The position numbers and the translations under genes are program-made. DNA of 64,000 nucleotides from Botryllus schlosseri (lineage: Eukaryota). Below, in pieces: positions 13,502-27,489 of the stretch (position 1 is the stretch's first letter; each line of letters opens with the position of its first letter). The stretch spans positions 38,442,001-38,506,000 of the forward strand of contig CM119372.1 of assembly GCA_051294905.1 (NCBI GenBank). The letters run 5' to 3'. The notes under the pieces are model-generated. The model worked only from the letters and a program-made list of their open reading frames with translations, did no database searches and was not told the origin of the DNA.

Positions 13502-14756
13502 CAGTGCTCTTCAACCGGGGTGGTCGTACACCCTAGGGTGTACCAGAATTTGCAAAGGGTGTACCACTCGGATGGGGTGTACAGGGGTGTACCAGATCCG
13601 AATTACTATGAGCTGATGGCTAGCTATCACAAAGGCAGGTTTATGGGCCAGTACAGGTTGACGCACAGGTTAATGAGCAATATGGTACGATGTTATCTCA
13701 AGTGTATTACTGTACACCGCTTGATTGTGATGTCATAAGCCAATATTTCTCCTATTCATTTAGCCGTCGGCAATAGACCAATGGCTCCGTTTGGTGTTGG
13801 AAAGCATGCAGTTAACAAACATGTGTTCAGCTAGTCATTTGTCTTTTAGTGATTTTTGAGGAAACCGCCGCGATAGCTCAGACTTCTTGAATCGGTACTT
13901 CCTACCCGACGTTAATAAATACCGCAATGCACATAAATGAAGTGACGTAGCCAGCCAGGGTTGAAACAGCTTCCATGTTGAAATCGAAAACCTTTTGTTT
14001 TAAAATGCCGATTTTATGTCCAATATTGCGCCATACATTTGCAATTTAGTATTTTGTTATTAGTGATGCAAATTAGCGACAATAGACTGTGTATAGCGGC
14101 ATACGATCTGAGGTTACTGATATCTCTTGCAGCCCAAGTGCTACTATCGACTGTGTGTGGTGTGGGGCAGGCCTGATACGCAGTAGGCTGGTGCGCCTGC
14201 TATCATCGCTGATCTGAATTACCGCTTCTGCAGCAGTAACTTTACCTACTCTCTCCCCAATACTGTTACATTTAGGTTGATTATCGTTCGTAATGTCATG
14301 CTGTTTTGGGGCTGACACGAAATAAATTCTAATTTGCGTGGCGGGCGGCTTAACTGGCTGCGAATAGACTCTGTGACCAAATACTATTTTATTCAAATCC
14401 AAATTTTTTGACGGCAATAACTCCGCTTCTACTGGTCGGAATTGAACCAAATTTGAAGAACATCGTTTTTATAGACAACCTAAAACTTTCATGGGTGAAC
14501 AGTAAAATTTCAAATTTTTCGGTATTTATTTTATATAAAAATAGAAACTTTCTTCTCCCGTAGCAATGCGGCTACCGGTTAGAATTGAACCAAATTTGGT
14601 GTGTAGGCTTAAGTTAGGTAACCTAACAATTTTATCAAGTAGCCAGTACGATTTGAGAAAAAAGTCATTTTTGAAGACCCCTAATGAACAGGGGTGTACG
14701 AGTTTTGAGCAAACGTTAAAAGGGTGTACCACGTCGAAAAAGGTTGAAGAGCACTG
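13502..14756. mobile_element. hAT-Charlie/Buster non-autonomous element
   Basis: TIR CAGTGCTCTTCAACC / GGTTGAAGAGCACTG, perfect TSD GACTAGAC, GGGTGTAC subterminal repeats. Confidence 0.92.
14370..14683. mobile_element. One arm of a TAGGG-terminal MITE related to 3807-4426, nested in the hAT element
   Basis: Ends ATTTTTGAAGACCCCTA and shares GAATTGA..AAATTTG and AACCTAAC.ATTT.ATCAAGTA motifs with the right arm of the 3807 MITE. Confidence 0.6.
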
Positions 14757-15996
14757 GACTAGACGTAGGCTATGGTATTTCACTGCTTACTAAATTTCAT
14801 TTATGACCAATGCCTATTAGTAGTAATAGTGTGTGTGCTTGTTATCAGAATAGTGTGAAATGAGAAAATTAGTAAGTTCAATCTCTGTGTTAGTTGCTGA
14901 CTCATACACATGAGCAAGAGCTAAAATGGGAATTTTTATCTACATTTTGAATATACAGGATTAGATATATGTCATATTTGAATGATTCATACATATTAGG
15001 ATATTAGAGAGTTCATGTTATAAAAACTTATAAAATTTGACAAAGGGTGGATAGTTAGCAAATCATTCTTTCATGTTAATTGCATAGTGAATAATTCGAC
15101 CCCGCCGACCGCGTGTTTGAGACCTCTGCCCTAGGGCCTCGTCGGCAGAGCGCTTGCGCTCCGCCTTGAACTGATATTGTCTATGCTCTCCCTACCTTTT
15201 ACCAACAGTAATACTAACTGCACGAAGGTAAGAATTGAGTCGGCTACACGCAGCAGCTCTCGATGCGAAGTATCTCGCTGAGGCTTGATTATTCCCGATG
15301 AACGATCCGCAATTACCGCACAACCTTCCTCGGCGACGTCTGTACCAGCCAACTCCATATAGGATGCTGCGGCCGCTATAAGATATGTTGTACACAAACC
15401 ACTCACAAAGCAAGTTGATGAAAGACATTTAACATAAAAACGTCAGAAAAGAGAGAAGTAATTCATTTTGCGCACCACATGCATTCCATTGGCAGCATTT
15501 AAACGATTTCCTAATAAAATCATGAAAACAAATATCATACCAAGTTCATTTCATGGAATAATTTTCATAGCTCTTGGAAACAACGTTTTGACTGCTGTTG
15601 ACATTCAATGCAATATCCCGACACTGCGCATGTGTTTAAATTACCAATAAAAAATTTAGACAACAAAGCTTTAGCTGGGTCTTAAATATAGCATTGTGGA
15701 GATCTAGTTTCATCTTTGGCATTGGTTATTGTAGACGTTTGAGTTTGTAGATATTAGCTGACTATGCCAACATACCATTCTGCAACACTCTGGCAGGATT
15801 ACGTGGACTGAATTAATTTTCAATCCAACACTAGTCGGACTGGTAAATTTAGTTTGTTCAAATAGCAGAGCTAATAATGATGTCTCTAAAATGTTTGTTG
15901 GCATCATGATGTCTCACAATATCAGACAAAATGTGGATTGTAAGAAATTAATTATTAGTATGTATATTTGATCTGACATTAGAATCTCGTAATGTG

Positions 15997-18900
15997 AGTA
16001 GTTATTATGATCGGTCGTGAGCGGCTATGGGGTTCTTATGGGTGCGGCGGTGACTCGTATTGAAAACCCGGGGTGGTGACTCGTACTTTCAGACCCCCCC
16101 TCTCGGCCGTGATTCGTAATGGGTTCTTATGGACGCGGTCGTGATTCGTACTTTCGGGTATAGACTGCGGCGGTGACTCGTATTGAAAACTCGTGGTCGT
16201 GATTCGTACTTTCAGACCCCTCATGTGGTGGTGAATCGTATTGAAATACTCGTGTTGGTGAGTCGTAATTTTAGGTATAGGCTGCGTTGGTGAGTCGTAT
16301 TTTCGGGTATAGACTGCGGCAGCGCGGTGTTGAATATGTATCAAGTAAATAGTCACATGATTGATTCTTAGTTAATGTATATATTACAAATTATTATATA
16401 TGACCAATTTGAAGTAATCCCAACGTTTACGGTGAGCGCGACTTCGATATATCGTTATTCAAATGGATGCGGCGATGATTCGTACTTTCGGTTATAGACT
16501 GCGGGTGGTATGTCGTACTTTCAGCAAAAAGGGTGTGAAATAGTTTGCTAAATCTAGGAATCAGTCGCGTGGTGATGTTTTGGTATTTAGTTTACCACAG
16601 AGCCGGCTTAGACGGTGATTCGAATACCAACAATAGCCGCGTTCACATACTAACACTCCAAAAAGGTGTGAAATATTTGTAAAATCCTACGACCGCTCAC
16701 AAGATAACACATCAGAATAGCCATCTCTCGTGGTTTGATGTTACAAAGGTAGGAATGACGCACAAGTAATATTTTGGTAATTAGTTTGTCACAAGGCCGG
16801 CGTAGACGGCGCTTCCAATACCAACAATAGCCGCGTTCGCAAACTAACACTTCAAAAAGGTGTGAAATAGGTTGCAAATCCCGCGCTCGCTGACAAGATA
16901 ACAACTCAGACAGACACTCGCGATTTTTTGTTACATACATACCGATCGTTCACAATGTAATATTTTGGTAATCAGTATGTCACAGAACTGGATTTCGCCG
17001 GTAAGATTTAATAAGTAACGAATAACCGAACCGTCGCAGATGGTGATTCGAATACCGACAAATTCTCACTTATTTCTGATCCAACCCTAATCCTTTGCGA
17101 AGTTGGCGCTTTGTCAAAAAGGCGTGAAATAATTGTAAAACCCTACGTCGCTGACAGGATAATGCATCAGACATAGCGATCTAGTTATAGCACGGGTCGG
17201 AATCCATTCGCGAGATGTTCTATAGGTAAATTGAGGTAATCCGAAACGAAATATTTTGACTTGGTGTAGTGTGAATTGAAATAGGATTGACAAACATGAC
17301 TACCATCTTTCCAAGTACCATTTCGATATTATACGCACATTGATTTGAAACAAGTAATGAAAAACATTACAACTCTATTCACGACCCAGCTTTCCGTTTG
17401 TCAACGAGACATTTTAACATCTTACCATACTTAAAAGAATTATTCATAACATTAACCGGTGTTAAAAACATAGTTTTCACTTACTTGATTATATCACTAC
17501 AACTCGCAAACTTGAATTAATTCATCCTGGTTGTATTCATATGACCGATAATTTTTATTCAACTGTAAAGGTCGTTACTATTCTGTAAGACAAAGTATTT
17601 ACTCATCATTATATATACGACTTGACATAAACCTATTACATTTTGAGTATACGAGATTTGAATGTCCGAAAAATAACTGAGAATTAAATTATCACTAGTG
17701 AATCCGTATATTACAGCGTAAAAGATATTGGAATGTCAGCAACACTTTACGGTCATAGTTACAACCACAATAACTAATTTACCCGGCCAACACGTCATGA
17801 TCATTCCTGAAATCAACACAAACGCGGCCACTGACTTGAGTTAACCACAAAACGGCATCAAGTTTTTAATCCACTTGTAACTGACAGATTATTCGAATGC
17901 AGCGATGGAGAATATTATGGAGCTTGTCGATATTGTTACTTCAACAAATTATCGCTTACGCCGACTGCGAAAATTAATATCGAATGGTAATACTTGATCA
18001 CATATTTGTTGAACACAGACATGACGAAAAACATTACCGAGATTTTATAAACTAAACATATTACTTTTCCCATCTATCAATATCAGAATGCAAGTCAGCG
18101 AACTTTTTGTTAAATGTAAAATAGCACTTTTGGGAATCGGATTCGTTAGAGTCATACAAATTGTATTAAACCCAACACCAAAACAAAAGGACTTTTAAGT
18201 TCATTGAAATCAAATCATTCGTCTTCGACTTGCGCTTTATTAGATTGCACGCAACAATTCGTTACGAATGAGCTGTATCCAAAGTTAAGAAATCTTTGTG
18301 TCCACAGATATGGAAGATGAATATAGCTGACACAATCACGAATCGACGTTTCAGAGTATTTCACGGATGTAATAAACTTGTTAGTGTCGCCTATCTAAAA
18401 GTATGCATGCGTACGATTTCCATACCGACTGTTGCGATGTTTAGGATTCGCTTACAATGACCAAGAGTGAGGATTTAACATCAATGTCGTTACTGGCGGT
18501 ATTCACAACAGAGAATCGAAACATTACACAGTGTGAAAATATATCTTTGATATTAAAGCACTACCCCAAGTACACGATTAATACTCAACTCCGTTCACAC
18601 TTTCTATAGAACGCGCTAAATGTAAAATATCACGAGGTTACACTCTAAGACTTTGATCATTGCAAAAGTAAATTGGAATATGTTTGCCAGGTGCATTCAA
18701 TTCAGCTAGAAATGTCTAGTGCACAACAATCGTAATATCAAGGAAGTACTTGCTACACTGTAACTCAGTAAATGTGTTTTGCATTGTTGTTCATTTGTAG
18801 TATTGATTGAAATTGTTTTTTAACCTCAAAGAATAATTCCCGACATGAAACCAAGCCGCTGAAAGTCGTTACCAACACAAAGAAACAATTTGTACGATGT

Positions 18901-20607
18901 TTGCCAAATGTATCCTATAGTTAGGTTCACTAGAATTATTTGTGTAACTGTAACACATACAAATACACCGACAATGCAATCGAAAATTTTTCCGTTGTCA
19001 TCCGCTAAACTAAATGTCATCACAATACTCTGTCACTAAAAGACGTTACTTGTATGTGATTGAATTCCTAGCAACTCACTAAACCGAACTCCAAAGAAAT
19101 TTTACTCACTCGACGGATATGAAACAGCGTCCCTTAATCGGTCTATATCGTTTTTCTAAAGGCAAATCATATCCATCCAATAGAAAACAATTTTCACTAG
19201 CTTGGTAATGAAACCGAGGAGTGAGTCTTCATTCAATATTTTGTATGTGTCAAATACTTTGCAATAAACACACTGGAGTCGTCGAGCTTTACATCATCAG
19301 ACTGTAATCTGTAAATCAAGCTTACATCCGATTTGTAACTGTATTGTTTACCTAATCGAGTTGTATGCACAGTTTGATATTTTTGTCATTTAGTGATTGT
19401 TGAACATACCACATCGAAATACTACGTTGATCATAATTTCCATCATCGTGATAAGCGAAGTACATTTGTTTCGAATTCATAACAACCGACTTTTCTATGA
19501 CATGATAAATTATTGACAAGTTCTGCTTAGAAGATTGGTTGCATATCACGAAAAATAATATACCACTCATATTAATACTGTTACTCCATTCATCAGTATT
19601 TTTTTTCCGTTGTCGATTTTCAAACGAGTAAAATTTATTACTTGAGTTGTTCCGATTGCTATATTTAAATGTAAACTCACCCGTCTTTCAAAACCACAAC
19701 AAACAATGATAAAAAAAAGTATGCAATCAAACACAACAAGTTTTACTTTTGTAGGACACTAATTATTATTCCACGCATCTCATTTCATACCAAGTGTACA
19801 TGAAAGATATTCATGCCACACGAAAATATTCGATATATTCTCATGCTACGAACATACGCAATGATTAGTGACACTTTCAAACTGTTTCGATGTCACAAGA
19901 ACTTTATTGTCTGAACGGTTGTTCATGTATCTTAATATTCAAATAGTTCAACACAGAACTAGTACTAACAGAAACATCAGAGTTGTTTATACAAAAGTTT
20001 GTATGTGTGCAGTATGCGAATACCATGTGTAAGTCCAGCACAATTGCAGTATCCATCCGAGTTTAGTTAACACAAATTTATCACAACGGAGCCGCGTAAA
20101 CTTTCGTGAAAGAAAAGCATACTCACTTCCTGAGGGTTCTTTTAATGTCATAGCAATAAACCAGCTACTCCAACAAAAGAGTACATATGTTTTCTAGTAA
20201 CGACTCTCAAATCTTACACGCAGATCAATCTACTTTGCTAACGAAAAGTGCTGAGTCATCACATGATCATCCTCACAAATAACCAGTAGATGGAGCTGTA
20301 TTAAAATGTTCCTAACCCTTACCACGCCAGTGACAAATTTTACAATGGTTATGTTTAGTGAATCGAGTTGTTGTTCAGCGTCAAGTCTCCATGTTGAAGC
20401 ACACATTAAAACAGCGCAAATCCAAATAAAACCACGAATCTATTTTCATTTCCTCACAAACTACCACATACCGAAAAATAAATTTTCTTCCCCAGACACA
20501 TACTTATAACCAATCGCTTTCATTATACACACAGCCGCATAAAAGTATTTACTTTCTACAACAGAGACATTCCGATGTAGTCAAGAAATATTTTTATTAA
20601 TCAAAAT
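15997..20607 (+). repeat. Left arm of giant inverted repeat
   Basis: Collinear reverse complement of 22655-27258. Mirrored ORF-track entries: 16650-/26315+, 19352-/23689+, 20306+/22753-. Confidence 0.97.
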
Positions 20608-20667
20608 TATTAATCGGCTATGATAATGTCTGTGGATCGAAGGCTTACTCCCTCGATGTTTGTATAC

Positions 20668-21095
20668 CAGAGATGAGCGGATTTGAAATTTCTATGTCCT
20701 AATCCAATCCAAATCCGAACCTTCAAATCCAAATCCAATTCCTAATCCATAACTTTTTCATATTCAAGTCCATGTCCAATCCTAATCTGATTTCAACTGG
20801 AAATTCAGAAAAAATACTAATTTATGCAATGGAGGGATTCGGAAATTTTCTTTCACAACCAACGATTCACTTGATTCAAGATAACTTAGTAACCATAAGT
20901 ACATTAATAACTGATCTGAATAAAGTTTGTCGCCATTCGCCACACGACATTTCAATCTCCCAGAAAATAGGTAAATCCAATCCAAATCCTAATCCGTTCT
21001 GAAAAAAAATGTCTGATCCAAATCCAATCCAAATCCGTCAAAATTTCACAAATCCTGTTTTTTCAAAACCTAATCCTAATCCATGCTCATCTCTG
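20668..21095. mobile_element. hAT MITE with AATCC repeats inserted in the Polinton-like spacer
   Basis: TIR CAGAGATGAGC / GCTCATCTCTG, perfect TSD TTGTATAC. Confidence 0.92.
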
Positions 21096-21719
21096 TTGTA
21101 TACCAACACATTTCATGCAATGTCATACAACCCCCTCTATTTACGCGATCAATCGCGACGTATGTGTGGATGGTGCATTGGTATTTTTCGTGGAAACACA
21201 GGGTGTAACATGTTTACTTGAATATTGGTCGTTGGGTCATGATTGAATATCCGGATCCGGTTACATATACTTCCTCTCGGTTTCCGATTTCAAACTGAAT
21301 GTAGCGACATACATTGAGCAAAAAAGCCACAATATAGTAAACATGCGAGAGAAAACTCAACCCGGAATTGTTATCGCGATGGGTGACATAAATCCAACCG
21401 TTTTCCGAACACCGTTATCCACGTACCAACCAGGTGCCAAAATCGAGGGGGTGTTTAATTCAGACATTTTGACTCTGGACAATCCAAAGCACGAACCCGG
21501 ACATCACGTACATATCGAAACCTATTGTCCAATTTCCAAAACACACATTTCGTTGTACAAGAGCATATTGCATGTGGGTAACCGATGATTTTGATGGGAT
21601 GAACCAGCACAAGTAAATATGCGATTACACAAATGTATCGGAGTCGTTGTTGGTGTATATTTTGTCACTACCCGTTGTAACAATATACAAAAATATCAAA
21701 TTGTCGGGTGTGGTTGTCA

Positions 21720-22290
21720 GTACGAAAATGGTATTGTTTACCGTGGAAAAGATAGATTTCCAAGTGAAAACGGTATTGGTACTCAGGTAAATGATAGTTT
21801 TCCAAACGAAAAGGGTTTGTTACCCAGGGAGAAAATACAATTCCAAAAGAAAATGATTAGTTACTCTAGGTGAAAATAAATTTCCAAGTGAAAATGGTGT
21901 TCTGACTCGGGGTAAAAGTATATTTCCAAGTGAAAATGGTATTGTTACTATAGGAAAAGATGGACCGCCAAGTGAAAATGTATTGTTACTCTGGGTAAAC
22001 GGCAGATCTCCAAAGGAAAATGATATTTTTAATCAGGTAAACGATGGACCGCTAAGTGAAAATGTCTTGTTGCTCAAGGAAAATATAGATTGCCAAGTGA
22101 AAATGGTTTGCTACTCAGGGAAAAATATATTTCCAAACGAAAAGGTTATTGCTACTATAGGAAAAGGTAGATCGCCAAGTGAAATGTATTGGCACTCTAG
22201 GTAAACCAGAGATGTCCAAAGGACAATGATATTTTTACTCAGGTAACGGTGGACCTCCAAGTGAAAGTGGTAATTTTACATACGTAAACG
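21720..22290. repeat. Degenerate tandem array of about 42 bp, about 13 copies
   Basis: A CCAAGTGAAAATGGTATTGTTACTC-like core recurs every 41-43 bp. Confidence 0.85.
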
Positions 22291-22654
22291 TCGTGAGTTC
22301 AGTGTCATTGGTCTTGTTAAACGTAGTTGTCGAGTTTTACAATATACTTGTCGTGAGTATACAATTACGAAGGGAGAGAATGAAATTGCTATAATGAGTG
22401 TCAGAAGGTTGTTGTATGTAGATTTGACAGTAACCCTATCATTCACATATGACAATCACAATCATGACCGTGAATACATGTAACTAACTTGATCGGGCTC
22501 GATCAATGCAAAAGAGATGATTCGTTTTAAAACCGTAACCACATGTAGGTTGATGCGATTTCTATCTCCTTGCATTCAGTCGTGTCGTGTCCATTTTAAT
22601 ACGAGACCCACAGGTATGACATACACACACTAACACCGTGAACAGAAGTTGATG

Positions 22655-25600
22655 ATTTTGATTAATAAAAATATTTCTTGACTACATCGGAATGTCTATG
22701 TTGTAGAAAGTAAATACTTTTATGCGGCTGTGTGTATAATGAAAGCGATTGGTTACAAGTATGTGTCTGGGAAAGAAAATTTATTTTTCGGTATGTGGTA
22801 GTTTGTGAGGAAATGAAAATAGATTCGTGGTTTTAATTGGATTTGCGCTGTTTTAATGTGTGCGTCAACATGGAGACTTGACGCTGAACAACAACTCGAT
22901 TCACCAAACATAACCATTGTAAAATTTGTCACTGGCGTGCAAAGGGTTAGGAACATTTTAATACAGCTCCATCTACTGGTTATTTGTGAGGATGATCATG
23001 TGATGACTCAGCACTTTTCGTTAGCAAAGTAGATTGATCTGCGTGTAAGATTTGAGAGTCGTTACTAGAAAACATATGTACTCTTTTGTTGGAGTAGCTG
23101 GTTTATTGCTATGACATTGACAGAACCCTCAGGAAGTGAGTATGCTTTTCTTTCACGAAAGTATACGCGGCTCCGTTGTCATAAATTTGTGTTAACTAAA
23201 CTAGGATTGATACTGCAATTGTGCTGGACTTACACATGGTATTCGCATACTGCACACATACAAACTTTTGTATAAACAACTCTGATGTTTCTGTTAGTAC
23301 TAGTTCTGTGTTGAACTATTTGAATATTAAGATACATGAACAACCGTTCAGACAATAAAGTTCTTGTGACATCGAAACAGTTTGAAAGTGTCACTAATCA
23401 TTGCGTATGTTCGTAGCATGAGAATATATCGAATATTTTCGTGTGGTATGAATATCTTTCATATACACTTGGTATGAAATGAGATGCGTGGAATAATAAT
23501 TAGTGTCCTACAAAAGTAAAACTTGTTGTGTTTGATTGCATACTTTTTTATCATTGTTTGTTGTGGTTTTGAAAGACGGGTGAGTTTACATTTAAATATA
23601 GTAAGCAGAACAACTCAAGTAATAAATTTTACTCGTTTGAAAATCGACAACGGAAAAAAAATACTGATGAATGGAGTAACAGTATTATATGAGTGGTATA
23701 TTATTTTTCGTGATATGCAACCAATCTTCTAAGCAGAACTTGTCAATAATTTATCATGTCATAGAAAAGTCGGTTGTTATGAATTCGAAACAAATGTACT
23801 TCGCTTATCACGATGATGGAAATTATGATCAACGTAGTATATCGAAGTGGTATGTTCAACAATCACCAAATGACAAAAATATCAAACTGTGCATACAACT
23901 CGATTAGGTAAACAATACAGTTACAAATCGGATGTAAGCTTGATTTACAGATTACAGTCTGATGATGTAAAGCTCGACCACGCCAGTGTGTTTATTGCAA
24001 AGTGTTTGACACATACAAAATATTGAATGAAGACTCACTCCTCGGTTTCATTACCAAGCTAGTAAAAATTGTTTTCTATTGGATGGATATGATTTGCCTT
24101 TAGAAAAACGATATAGACCGATTAAGCGACGCTGTTTCATATCCGTCGAGTGAGCAAAATTTCTTTGGAGTTCGGTTTAGTGAGTTGCTAGGAATTCAAT
24201 CACATACAAGTAACGTCTTTTAGTGACAGAGTATTGTGATGACATTTACTTAAGCGAATGACAACGGAAAAATGTTCGATTGCATTGTCGGTGTATGTGT
24301 TACAGTTACACAAATAATTCTAGTACACCTAACTATAGGATACATTTGGCAAACATCGTACAAATTGTTTCTTTGTGCTGGTAACGACTTTCAGCGGCTT
24401 GGTTTCATGTCGGGAATTATTATTTGAGGGTTAAAAAAACAATTTCAATCAATACTACAAATGAACAACATTGCAAAACACGTTTAGTGAGTTACAGTGT
24501 GGCAAGTACTTCCTTGATATTACGATTGTTGTGCACTAGACATTTCTAGCTGAATTGAATGCACCTGGCAAACATATTCCAATTTACTTTTGTAATGATC
24601 AAAGTCTTAGAGTGCAACCTCGTGATATTTTACATTTAGCGCGTTCTATAGAAAGCGTGAACGGAGTTGAGTATTAATCGTGTACTTGGGGTAGGGCTTT
24701 GATATCAAAGATATATTTTCACACTGTGTAATGTTTCGATTCTCTGTTGTGAATACCGCCAGTAACGACATTGATGTTAAATCCTCACTCTTGGTCATTG
24801 TAAGCGAATCCAAAACATCGCAACAGTCGGTATGGAAATCGTACGCATGCATACTTTTAGATAGGCGACACTAACAAGTTTATTACAACCGTGAAATACT
24901 CTGAAACGTCGATTCGTGATTGTGTTAGCTATATTCATCTTCCATATCTGTGGACACAAAGATTTCTTAACTTTGGTTACAGCTCATTCGTAACGGAATG
25001 TTGCGTGCAATCTAATAAAGCCCAAGTCGAAGACGAATGATTTGATTTCAATGAACTTAAAAGTCCTTTTGTTTTGGTGTTGGGCTTAATACAATTTGTA
25101 TGACTCTAACGAATCCGATTCCCAAAAGTGCTATGTTACATTTAACAAAAAGTTTCCTGACTTGCATTCTGATATTGATAGATGTGAAAAGTAATATGAC
25201 TAGTTTATAAAATCTCGGTAATGTTTTTCGTCATGTCTGTGTTCAACAAATATGTGATCAAGTATTACCATTCGATATTAATTTTCGCAGTCGGCGTAAG
25301 CGATAATTTGTTGAAGTAACAATATCGACGAGTTCAATAATATTCTCCATCGATGCATTCGAATAATCTGTCAGTTACAAGTGGATTAAAAACTTGATGC
25401 CGTTTTGTGGTTAACTCAAGTCAGTGGCCGCGTTTGTGTTGATTTCAGGAATGATCATGACGTGTTGGCCGGGTAAATTAGTTAATGTTGTTATAACTAT
25501 GACCGTAAAGAGTTGCTGACATTCCAATATCTTTTACGCTGTAATATACGGATTCACTTGTGATAATTTAATTCTCAGTTATTGTTCAGACATTCAAATC

Positions 25601-27258
25601 TCGTATACTCAAAATGTAATAGGTTTATGTCAAGTCGTATATGTACTGATTAGTAAATACTTTGTCTTACAGAATAGTAACGACCTTTACAGTTGAATAA
25701 AAATTATCGGTCATATGAATACAACCAGGATGAATTAATTCAAGTTTGCGAGTTGTAGTGATATAATCAAGTAAGTGAAAACTATATTTTTAACACCGGT
25801 TAATGTTATGAATAATTCTTTTGAGTATGGTAATATGTTAAAATGTCTCTTTGACAAACGGAAAGCTGGGTCGTGAATCGAGTTGTAATGTTTTTCATTA
25901 CTTGTTTCAAATCAATTTGCGTATAATATCGAAATGGTACTTGGAAAGATGGTAGTCATGTTTGTCAATCCTATTTCAATTCACACTACACCAAGTCAAA
26001 ATATTTCGTTTCGCATTACCTCAATTTACGTATAGAACATCTCGCGAATGGATTCCGACCCGTGCTATAACTAGATCGCTATGTCTGATGCATTATCCTG
26101 TCAGCGACGTAGGGTTTTACAATTATTTCACGCCATTTTGAAGAAGCGCCAACTTCGCAAAGGATTAGGGTTGGATCAGAAATAAGTGAGAATTTGTCGG
26201 TATTCGAATCACCATCTGCGACGGTTCGGTTATTCGTTACTTATTAAATCTTACCGGCGAAATCCAGTTCTGTGACATACTGATTACCAAAATATTACAT
26301 TGTGAACGATCGGTATGTATGTAACAGAAAATCGCAAGTGTCTGTCTGAGGTGTTATCTTGTCAGCGAGCGCGGGATTTGCAACCTATTTCACACCTTTT
26401 TGAAGTGTTAGTTTGCGAACGCGGCTATTGTTGGTATTGGAAGCGCCGTCTACGCCGGCCTTGTGACAAACTAATTACCAAAATATTACTTGTGCGTCAT
26501 TCCTACCTTTGTAACATCAAACCACGAGAGATGGCTATTCTGATGTTTTATCTTGTGAGCGGTCGTAGGATTTTACAAATATTTCACACCTTTTTGGAGT
26601 GTTAGTATGTGAACGCGGCTATTGTTGGTATTCGAATCACCGTCTACGCCGGCTCTGTGGTAAACTAATTACCAAAACATCACCACGCGACTGATTCCTA
26701 GATTTAGCAAACTATTTCAAACCCTTTTTGCTGAAAGTACGACATACCACCCACAGTCTATAACCGAAAGTACGAATCATCGCCGCATCCATAAGAATAA
26801 CGATATATCGAAGTCGCACTCACCGTAAACGTTGGGATTACTTCAAATTGGTCATATATATTAATTTGTAATATACACATTAACTAAGAATCAATCACGT
26901 GAATATTTACTTGATACATATTCAGCACCGCGCCGCCGCAGTCTATACCCGAAAATACGACTCACCAACGCAGCCTATACCTGAAATTACGACTCACCAA
27001 CACGAGTATTTCAATACGATTCACCACCACATGAGGGGTCTGGAAGTACGAATCACCAGTACGAGTTTTCAATACGAGTCACCGCCGCAGTCTATACCCG
27101 AAAGTACGAATCACGACCGCGTCCATAAGAACCCATTATGAATCACGGCCGAGAGGGGGGGTCTGAAAGTACGAGTCACCACCCCGGGTTTTCAATACGA
27201 GTCACCGCCGCACCCATAAGAACCCCATAGCCGCTCACGACAGATCATAATAACTACT
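22655..27258 (-). repeat. Right arm of giant inverted repeat
   Basis: Reverse complement of the left arm; the match ends internally at ATTTTGATTAATAAAAATATTTCTTGACTAC. Confidence 0.97.
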
Positions 27259-27489
27259 AATGTGCAATCTGTTGATCTCAAGTCATATCCAACGAGCAAC
27301 AATTGAATCAATATCGACACCTTTTTCAGTCGCATACCGAAAACACAAGTCGTTTTAATATGAATGCAACAGAGTTCAATGTACTATATCATAACGCCGA
27401 GGCGGGAAGTCTATTCTTGTGGACTTACGCCGTGGATCAGTCATCCAAAAATCGAGTAGCGGTATGTTTACTATCGCCGCCAATTACAC

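Larger units (their letters stand above)
15997..27258. mobile_element. Non-autonomous Polinton/Maverick-like element, 11,262 bp, with TIRs of about 4.6 kb
   Basis: Termini AGTAGTTATTATGATC ... GATCATAATAACTACT; perfect 6-bp TSD AATGTG (15991-15996, 27259-27264); arms 15997-20607 and 22655-27258 are inverted copies with scattered differences. No pPolB, integrase or capsid ORF. Confidence 0.8.

Noticed and set aside
15131..15428. Host gene exon on the minus strand
   Set aside because: GC-richer stretch with a possible acceptor, but no recognisable domain or neighbouring exons.
16036..27141. Short paired ORFs in the arms as real genes
   Set aside because: No recognisable motifs; several are translations of tandem repeats and differ in length between arms.
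15997..27258. Assembly artefact (fold-back chimera)
   Set aside because: The arms differ by many substitutions and indels, there is a 2-kb unique spacer, and an exact TSD flanks the unit. Long reads would still be the definitive test.
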